Assembly (NCBI GenBank): GCA_041493605.1
Contig: JBGPZD010000003.1
Location: 1 to 45,190 of the forward strand
Reading direction: 5' to 3'
Origin: Candidatus Methylomirabilia bacterium
GTDB lineage: Bacteria > Methylomirabilota > Methylomirabilia > Rokubacteriales > CSP1-6
Length of the DNA stretch: 45,190 nt
Shown: in pieces, positions 39,116 through 45,190 of the stretch
Layout of the letters: the number at the start of each line of letters is the position of its first letter
How positions within the stretch are numbered: the first letter of the stretch is position 1
Notes under the pieces: generated by a model
Databases searched by the model: none
The model's input: only the letters and a program-made list of their open reading frames with translations
Told to the model about the DNA's origin: nothing
Translations under genes and position numbers: made by a program

Positions 39116-39375
39116 GGCCCGGACCCTACCACGTCGGGCGATGGCTGTCAGCCGGCCTGGGCGGCTTGACAACGCCGCGGTGGGGGGCGCAGAGTCTCTG
39201 CCACTTCCCCGGCCGCTGCCCTGAGACCGCCAACGCAGGGGGACCGAGCCATGAAGTGGTGGGCGACGAGGCCGCCGTCCTGATCCAGTTCGACGCCGAG
39301 GCGGGCACCGCGCGCCAGGTCCGCCTGCCGGGAGAACACCGGCACGCCTGACCGCGCGGCGCGCCCGAGGAGCCG

Positions 39376-39636
39376 ATGATCGAGCGACTAATCCTGATCG
39401 CCCCGCGATTCGATTTCGATTTCTACGAGTTCCTCAAACGCAAGTTCGCCGGCGACCCGACCGTCACGGTGATCGCGGAGCGGCGCGCCTTTCAGCGGCG
39501 CAAGCAGTTCGCCGTGCGCACGCCCGACCGCCGGCGCGCCGACCGCCGCCGCCGCAACACCGTGGGGCTCATCGTCGCGGGCCGCCCCGCGGCCGCGGCG
39601 GTGTTGCGACCGACCGAGCCGCCGCCGCCGCGCTAA
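39376..39636 (+). CDS. small Arg-rich hypothetical protein
   Basis: GAGGAG SD; 'VIAERR...DRRRADRRR' pattern. Confidence 0.6.
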   Translation: MIERLILIAPRFDFDFYEFLKRKFAGDPTVTVIAERRAFQRRKQFAVRTPDRRRADRRRRNTVGLIVAGRPAAAAVLRPTEPPPPR

Positions 39637-39654
39637 TCCGGCGGCGGCAGTGAC

Positions 39655-40881
39655 CTACCTGCCGTGGCGCGCCTGGCTCCCGTTGCGCCCGCGGCCCTGG
39701 CGGGCGCGGTGCGCGGCGAGCCGCTCGGCGATGGGCACCTCGAACCGCTCGGTTGCCGGCTTCCGGTAATCGAAGCCCGGCACCGTCGCGCGCTCGATGC
39801 GGGCGCCGAGGTGCCGCTCGATGGTCCGAAAATCCGCTTCCTCTTCGGGCGCGACGAAGCTCAGCGCGTCGCCGAGCGCTTCCATCCGCGCGGTCCGGCC
39901 GACCCGGTGGATATAGTCTTCGGGGACAGCCGGCACGTCGAAGTTGACGACATGGCTGAGCCCCGTGATGTCGATCCCGCGCGCCGCGATGTCCGTCGCG
40001 ACGAGCACGCTCAACTCTCCGCCCTTGAAGCGCGCCAGCGCCCTGGTGCGCTGGGCCTGGCTGCGGTTGCCGTGGATTCGGTCCGACGTGACGCCCTGCC
40101 GCTCCAGGAAATCCGCCAGCCGGTTCGCGCGGTGCTTCGTGCGCGTGAAGGCCAGGACGCTGCGGACGTCGGGCCGCTTCAGCAGCTCGAGCAGCAACGC
40201 CGACTTGAGCTCGCGCGGCACGGGATACGCGGTCTGGGTGATCCCCTTCGCCGGCGCGGACGGCCGCTCGATGTTGATCGCGGCGGGGTCCCGCAGCAGC
40301 TCGCGCGCCAGGGCCGCGATGGGAGGCGGCATCGTCGCCGAGAAGAGGAGCGTTTGCTTCAGCGGGGGCAGGTGCTTCAAAATCCGTTTGATGTCGGGCA
40401 GGAAGCCCATGTCGAGCATCCGGTCCGCCTCGTCCAGGACGAGGACCTCGAGCCCGGCCAGCCGCGCGTAGGGGAAGCGGAAGTGGTCCAGGAGGCGGCC
40501 CGGGGTCGCGACCAGCACGTCGGCGCCGCGCCGGAACGCCTGCACCTGCGGTTCCATGCCGACGCCGCCGTACACCGCGGCGCCCCCGATCCCGAGGTCC
40601 TGCGCAAGCTGGCGCCGGTGGTCGTCGATCTGCGCGGCCAGCTCACGCGTGGGCGTGATGATGAGCGCGCGCGTGAGGCCGCGCCGGCCGGCCAAGCGGT
40701 GCAGGATCGGCAGCAGAAAGGCCGCCGTCTTGCCGCTCCCGGTGACCGCACAGGCGAGCACGTCGCGCCCGGCCATGGCCGGCGGAATGGCGTCCCGCTG
40801 GATCGGCGTCGGCGTGGTGAACCCCATTCGCTCGACGGCGCGCAGGAGATGAGGGTGAAGGTTGAAAGCTGTGAAGGACAT
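39655..40881 (-). CDS. DEAD-box RNA helicase (RhlE-like)
   Basis: Q motif PTPIQ, TGSGKT, PTRELA, DEAD, SAT, ARGID and HRVGRTAR; AAGGA SD before ATG 40881. Confidence 0.95.
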   Translation of the reverse strand: MSFTAFNLHPHLLRAVERMGFTTPTPIQRDAIPPAMAGRDVLACAVTGSGKTAAFLLPILHRLAGRRGLTRALIITPTRELAAQIDDHRRQLAQDLGIGGAAVYGGVGMEPQVQAFRRGADVLVATPGRLLDHFRFPYARLAGLEVLVLDEADRMLDMGFLPDIKRILKHLPPLKQTLLFSATMPPPIAALARELLRDPAAINIERPSAPAKGITQTAYPVPRELKSALLLELLKRPDVRSVLAFTRTKHRANRLADFLERQGVTSDRIHGNRSQAQRTRALARFKGGELSVLVATDIAARGIDITGLSHVVNFDVPAVPEDYIHRVGRTARMEALGDALSFVAPEEEADFRTIERHLGARIERATVPGFDYRKPATERFEVPIAERLAAHRARQGRGRNGSQARHGR

Positions 40882-41109
40882 GATCGGTCGTTTCCTTGCT
40901 GAGGCGCGCCTGGGCCTGTTCAGTCTTCCGCGGGTGATCGCAACACGCCCCACGGTGCGGAAGAAGCGGCAGGGAAACGCGGTCTGGGAGGGAGCGAGGC
41001 TCTCTACTGAACCAACTACCGAACCAGACAGACCCTACTATACACTGCCCGTCCGCCAGAGGCTACCAATAATTCGGCGCCTGAACGAGCGGCCTGAGGC
41101 CCGAGAGGC

Positions 41110-41304
41110 TTAGCGGGTCACCCCGTGCCTGGCCCGGGTGAGCCACACGAGGTCCAGCTCCTTGTCCGTCCAGCCGTGCGACCGCAGATGCGCGACCCAG
41201 GCCTTGACGGTGGCCGCCGGGACGAGCGGCACGTCCCGCTCCACCTCGATCCGGTGAGGGCATTCTTTGGCGCTGGCTGGCGCGAGAGGCGCGTCGGGGG
41301 TCAT
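41110..41304 (-). CDS. small hypothetical protein (64 aa)
   Basis: MTPDAP...GWTDKELDLVW; ATGA overlap with the upstream gene. Confidence 0.6.
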   Translation of the reverse strand: MTPDAPLAPASAKECPHRIEVERDVPLVPAATVKAWVAHLRSHGWTDKELDLVWLTRARHGVTR

Positions 41305-41531
41305 CTCGGGCTCCCTTCCTGCCGGGCGTTGCGCTCTTCGACCTCGGCGGCGAAGAGATCGAGGGTGAGCGGACAGGGCGGCTCGTTCGCGTCCACGTAC
41401 TGGCAGTCCACCTCGCTGCACTGGACGAAGAGCTTGCCGTCCCCGCCCATCAGCTTTCGCCGGCGAAGGGTGATGGTCACGGTTTCGGAAACGATGCCGC
41501 AGGGGAACGACTTCGTCGGGACGCGGGCCAC
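41301..41531 (-). CDS. small 4-Cys hypothetical protein (76 aa)
   Basis: FPC...QCSEVDC...PPCPL; AAGGAG SD. Confidence 0.65.
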   Translation of the reverse strand: MARVPTKSFPCGIVSETVTITLRRRKLMGGDGKLFVQCSEVDCQYVDANEPPCPLTLDLFAAEVEERNARQEGSPR

Positions 41532-41700
41532 CGGGACCTCTCCTTCCTGGAGCGGGCTCGTTTGAGCCGGGGCAGAACCGGACGCTGCGGGAGCCGGCGA
41601 GCGGGGCCTCGAGAGGGTGGCGGGGGCGCCAGTGCCCGCCCGTCTCTTCCACGAAGAGCGCCTTCAGTATACAGGAAAAGGCCGCCGGGAGGCGGCCGGC

Positions 41701-41729
41701 TTGACAGGGACGGTGCGGCGGGATAGATT
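41701..41729 (+). promoter_or_regulatory. sigma70-type promoter
   Basis: TTGACA-17 bp-TAGATT. Confidence 0.6.
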
Positions 41730-41789
41730 CCGCTAATCTTCCGCGGCTCACGTCGTTGGCAACCCCGTCGCCTCAAGGAGGCTCAGATA

Positions 41790-43487
41790 ATGGCGAAGAC
41801 GGCCACCGCCACCCGCTGGCAGCTCAAGAAGAGGAGGCCGCCCGTGACGTTCCCCCGCATCATCCTGTTCACCGCTGCGCTGCTCGCGTGTGTGGCTCCC
41901 AGCTCAGGCATCGGGCCAACGATCGCGCGCGCGCAGTCGACGAGCCCCTCCGACACGGTCCCCCTCTACACCAACCTGGGCTCCCACCACAAGCCCATCT
42001 CCACTCGAGTCCCGGCCACCCAGCGTTACTTCGACCAGGGCCTGCGACTCGTCTATGGGTTCAATCACGCGGAAGCGATCCGCGCGTTCCAGCGCGCCGC
42101 CGAGCTCGATTCCACGTGCGCCATGTGCTACTGGGGGATCGCCCTCGCCTACGGTCCGCACGTCAACGCTCCCATGGACTCCGCGAGCGGCGTTGCCGCG
42201 TACGCCGCGGCGCAGCGAGCGCGTTCGCTGATGTCCCACGCCACGTCGCACGAGCGCGCGTACATCGAAGCGGTCGCGCAGCGCTACGCGGCGGTCCCAC
42301 CGGCCGATCGGACGCAACTCGACACGCTCTACTCGCGCGCCATGGGAACCGTCGCGAGCACCTACCCGGACGACCTCGACGCCGCGACGCTGTACGCCGA
42401 ATCGCTGATGGACCTCCGCCCGTGGAACTACTGGCGACCGGACGGCACGCCATACCCCGGCACGGATGAAATCGTGCGCCAGCTTCGGAGGGTCATTTCC
42501 CGCAACCCGAACCACCCCGGCGCGTGCCACTATTACATCCACGCCGTCGAAGCGGTGAACCCGCAGGCCGCGGTGCCGTGTGCCGAGCGACTCGCGCGGC
42601 TCATGCCGGGCACAGGACATATGGTCCACATGCCTGCGCACATCTACATCCGCGTCGGACGCTGGAACGACGCCGTGAAGGCCAACCGGCACGCCATCCA
42701 CACCGACGAGATGTTCATCGAAGGTCAGCGCCCGATCGGCGTCTATCCGCTCGCGTACTACCCGCACAACATTCACTTCCTCGCCTTCGCCGCCACGATG
42801 GCCGGTCGCAGCGCCATGGCGATCGAGGCGTCGCGCACGCTCACGTCCAAGGTGAACCTCGACGCCGCACGTCAGGTCGGGATGCTCCAGGAGATGCTGC
42901 CGTACCACGCGCTCACGCTCACGACGTTCGGAAGATGGGACGACGTGCTCGCCGAACCGCTTCCGCCGCCGGACATCCGTTTCCCGTACGCGATGGCGCA
43001 TTACGCACGCGGCGTCGCGTACGCCGCGAAGGGACAGTGGGCGGACGCGCAGGCCGCGCTCGACACGGTGACGGCGATCAACGCCGCCACGCCCGCGGAC
43101 GCCGACTCGAAGACCGCGCTCTCCATTGCGGTGCACGCGCTGCTCGGCGAGATCGCGAACCGCCACGGCGACGTCAACACCGGCATCAACCACTTCCGTG
43201 AGGCGCTCGCCATCGAGGACACGGGACTCTACTTCGAGCCGCCGAAGTGGTACTACCCGATTCGGCACTCGCTCGGCGCCGCGTTCTTGAAGGCGGGTCA
43301 GTACACGGAGGCCGAGCGGGTCTATCGCGAAGACCTCCGCCGATTCCCTGAGAACGGCTGGTCCCTGTTCGGGCTCGCGCAGGCGCTCCGCGCGCAGGGG
43401 AAGAGCAAAGAGGCGGCCGCCGTGGACGGCCGTTTCCGGCGGGCCTGGGCGGGTGCGGACGTGACGCTGGTCGCGTCGAGGTTCTAG
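41790..43487 (+). CDS. secreted TPR-repeat protein (alternative start GTG ~41844)
   Basis: AQRYFDQGL-type motif (TQRYFDQGL..YGFNHAEA), HPGACHYYIHAVE, GHMVHMPAHIY and PENGWSLFGL. Confidence 0.85.
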   Translation: MAKTATATRWQLKKRRPPVTFPRIILFTAALLACVAPSSGIGPTIARAQSTSPSDTVPLYTNLGSHHKPISTRVPATQRYFDQGLRLVYGFNHAEAIRAFQRAAELDSTCAMCYWGIALAYGPHVNAPMDSASGVAAYAAAQRARSLMSHATSHERAYIEAVAQRYAAVPPADRTQLDTLYSRAMGTVASTYPDDLDAATLYAESLMDLRPWNYWRPDGTPYPGTDEIVRQLRRVISRNPNHPGACHYYIHAVEAVNPQAAVPCAERLARLMPGTGHMVHMPAHIYIRVGRWNDAVKANRHAIHTDEMFIEGQRPIGVYPLAYYPHNIHFLAFAATMAGRSAMAIEASRTLTSKVNLDAARQVGMLQEMLPYHALTLTTFGRWDDVLAEPLPPPDIRFPYAMAHYARGVAYAAKGQWADAQAALDTVTAINAATPADADSKTALSIAVHALLGEIANRHGDVNTGINHFREALAIEDTGLYFEPPKWYYPIRHSLGAAFLKAGQYTEAERVYREDLRRFPENGWSLFGLAQALRAQGKSKEAAAVDGRFRRAWAGADVTLVASRF

Positions 43488-43904
43488 CGAAGTGAAAGAG
43501 AGGCGGGTGGGCCCGACGGTGGGGCCCTTGGCCTCCTGCGCGCAGTGGCCCGAATCGCGGTGGTGGCTGAGGCCATGGGCTCGGTCGGTCCCGTCACCGT
43601 GCCCGCCCGGGTCCCGTTGCGGTACCGACAGCGCCCGTCGCAGCGCGCGTAGCGGGCCGCCCCGAGGGCCGCGGCCAGCTCGGCCTACGCCGCGATCTCG
43701 ATCGTCCGGCGGGTCGTGGCACGGATCAGCTCGCACAACGAACCCGCCCGACCGTCAGGCGGCCGCGCTCCAATCCTGATATGCTCGCCCATGGCGCATT
43801 CCTCCGGTGGCCGCCTTGGGTGAAGCCAGCTCACCGGAAGAATGCGCCATCTCGCTTTTCCACACGACTACCGGTTCGACTGGGCCAACGGATAGCCCCG
43901 TCCC

Positions 43905-44870
43905 CTACCCGACGAGGGACTTGAGGAACTCCGCGTTGGTCGCGGTGAGGCGGAGGCGCTCGAGCAGGGCCTCCATGGCCTGCACCGGCTTGGAGCCCGC
44001 CAGGGCGCGGCGGAGGAGGTGGATCTTCTTCAACTCCTCCTCCGTGAAGAGGAGCTCCTCGTGCCGGGTACCCGAGCGGAGGATGTCGAAGGAGGGGAAG
44101 ATGCGCCGGTCGGCCAGCTCCCGGGTGAGATGGAGCTCCATGTTCCCGGTGCCCTTGAACTCCTCGAAGATGATGTCGTCCATCCGCGAACCCGTGTCGA
44201 CGAGGACCGTCCCCACGATCGTGAGCGACCCGCCCTCCTCGAGCTTGCGGGCGGCGCCGAAGAAGGCGCGCGGCATCTGGAAGGCGCGACTGTCGATGCC
44301 GCCGGACATGGTGCGCCCGCGCGAGGTCAGCTCGTTGTTGTAGGCGCGCGTCATGCGCGTGAGGGAGTCGAAAAGAACGAGCACGTCCCGCTTCTCTTGC
44401 GCGATGCGCTTGGCCTTGTCGAGGACCTGCTCCGTCACCTCGATGTGCCGGCGGTAGGGGTTGTCGTTGCTTGAGGCGACGATCTCCGCCGACTTGCCGA
44501 TGGTCATCCGGAAGTCCGTGACCTCCTCCGGCCGCTCGTCCACGAGGAGCACGATAATGGTCACCTCCGGGTGGTTGGTCAGCACCGCCTTGGCGATCTG
44601 CTGGAGGAGCACGGTCTTCCCCGTCCGCGGCGGGGCGACGATGAGCCCGCGCTGGCCCTTGCCGATGGGCGCGATCAAGTCCATCGCGCGCATGGACAGC
44701 TCCTCGGGCGTGGTCTCGAGCCGGAGGCGCTCGTAGGGCTGGATCGCGGTGAGGCTCTCGAAGCCCGAGGGCGAGGCGGCCGGCGGCGGCATGCGCGACG
44801 GGGCCGGCCCGCGCGGTCCCATCGGCGGACGCGGTCCCGGCCGGCGCGAGCGGTGCGATCGCCTACTCAA
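43905..44870 (-). CDS. rho: transcription termination factor Rho, ATPase domain only
   Basis: PIGKGQRGLIVAPPRTGKT, DERPEEVTD, DSLTR, SGGID, FFGAAR, EEFKGTGNME and SGTRHEELL; start uncertain. Confidence 0.9.
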   Translation of the reverse strand: MSRRSHRSRRPGPRPPMGPRGPAPSRMPPPAASPSGFESLTAIQPYERLRLETTPEELSMRAMDLIAPIGKGQRGLIVAPPRTGKTVLLQQIAKAVLTNHPEVTIIVLLVDERPEEVTDFRMTIGKSAEIVASSNDNPYRRHIEVTEQVLDKAKRIAQEKRDVLVLFDSLTRMTRAYNNELTSRGRTMSGGIDSRAFQMPRAFFGAARKLEEGGSLTIVGTVLVDTGSRMDDIIFEEFKGTGNMELHLTRELADRRIFPSFDILRSGTRHEELLFTEEELKKIHLLRRALAGSKPVQAMEALLERLRLTATNAEFLKSLVG

Positions 44871-44957
44871 CTGACACGCTCATATCAGGAGCCCTTGTGG
44901 CCGCAGGGGGCGGATGGACGAACCAGACTCGCGCATGGGGCACGCCATGGGCACGTT

Positions 44958-44986
44958 GGAGGGGGCAGCCGAGCGCTACCCCCTCC
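44958..44986 (-). terminator. hairpin downstream of tRNA-Asp
   Basis: GGAGGGGGTAGC-gctcg-GCTGCCCCCTCC on the - strand; weak U-tract. Confidence 0.5.
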
Positions 44987-45002
44987 GAACCGAATGTTTG
45001 AA

Positions 45003-45080
45003 TGGCGGGCTCGACGGGATTTGAACCCGCGACCTCTGGATTGACAGTCCAGTGTGCTAACCAGGCTGCACCACGAGCCC
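45003..45080 (-). tRNA. tRNA-Asp(GTC)
   Basis: Cloverleaf with acceptor stem GGGCTCG/CGAGCCC, anticodon arm CTGGA-CTGTCAA-TCCAG, T-loop GGTTCAAATCC, G73 and encoded CCA. Confidence 0.96.
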
Positions 45081-45190
45081 AAGCAGGAACGGACATTTAT
45101 ACCACGCAGTCCGCCCCGTGTATACCCGCGGGCGGCCGCTCAGCCGCCCGTCCGCCACCGGGCCGGCGCGCACTCGAGCGCGGCGGTCCA

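Noticed and set aside
39130-39350. Possible cobalamin riboswitch near the Co-NHase cluster
   Set aside because: Only scattered partial matches were seen (GCCAC, GCCAGG..CCTGCC), with no coherent B12 box in the right orientation.
39251-39351. SD-led ATG followed by coding-like sequence in another frame
   Set aside because: Too short to call; it could be a frameshifted remnant.
236-45082. Many long antisense or alternate-frame ORFs (e.g. 9996..12791-, 14171..16813-, 19355..21739+, 41904..43736-)
   Set aside because: These are high-GC shadow ORFs overlapping well-supported genes. They are Arg/Gly/Pro-rich with no motifs.
44885-45096. ORFs 44885..45082 and 44863..45096
   Set aside because: They overlap the tRNA-Asp gene.

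Overview
High-GC bacterial chromosomal segment. Gene content and style suggest a Candidatus Rokubacteria/NC10-like soil organism (inference only). It carries about 45 CDS and one tRNA-Asp. Recognisable loci are a class II ribonucleotide reductase (nrdJ) with a LAGLIDADG intein and tandem NrdR boxes, a complete urease operon (ureABCEFGD), a Co-type nitrile hydratase operon, xth, lhgO, a DEAD-box helicase and a short Rho. The two most notable observations follow. (1) A compact operon (23.8-27.8 kb) encodes an RRE-like radical SAM/SPASM enzyme, a 291-aa Tat-signal protein with an internal 14-Cys [D/N/Q]-x-C ladder, and a TPR plus beta-barrel Slam/type-XI-secretion-like outer-membrane protein. This looks like a system for making and exporting a thioether-stapled protein. 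(2) A hidden selenoprotein is missed by the ORF track: a secreted trypsin-like protease + TM helix + rhodanese fusion whose active-site loop reads Y-C-T-U through an in-frame UGA followed by a SECIS-like hairpin. Other oddities are an Fe-S-domain/P14K fusion in the nitrile hydratase operon, a Rho lacking its RNA-binding domain, a leader terminator upstream of nitronate monooxygenase, and several apparently leaderless genes.
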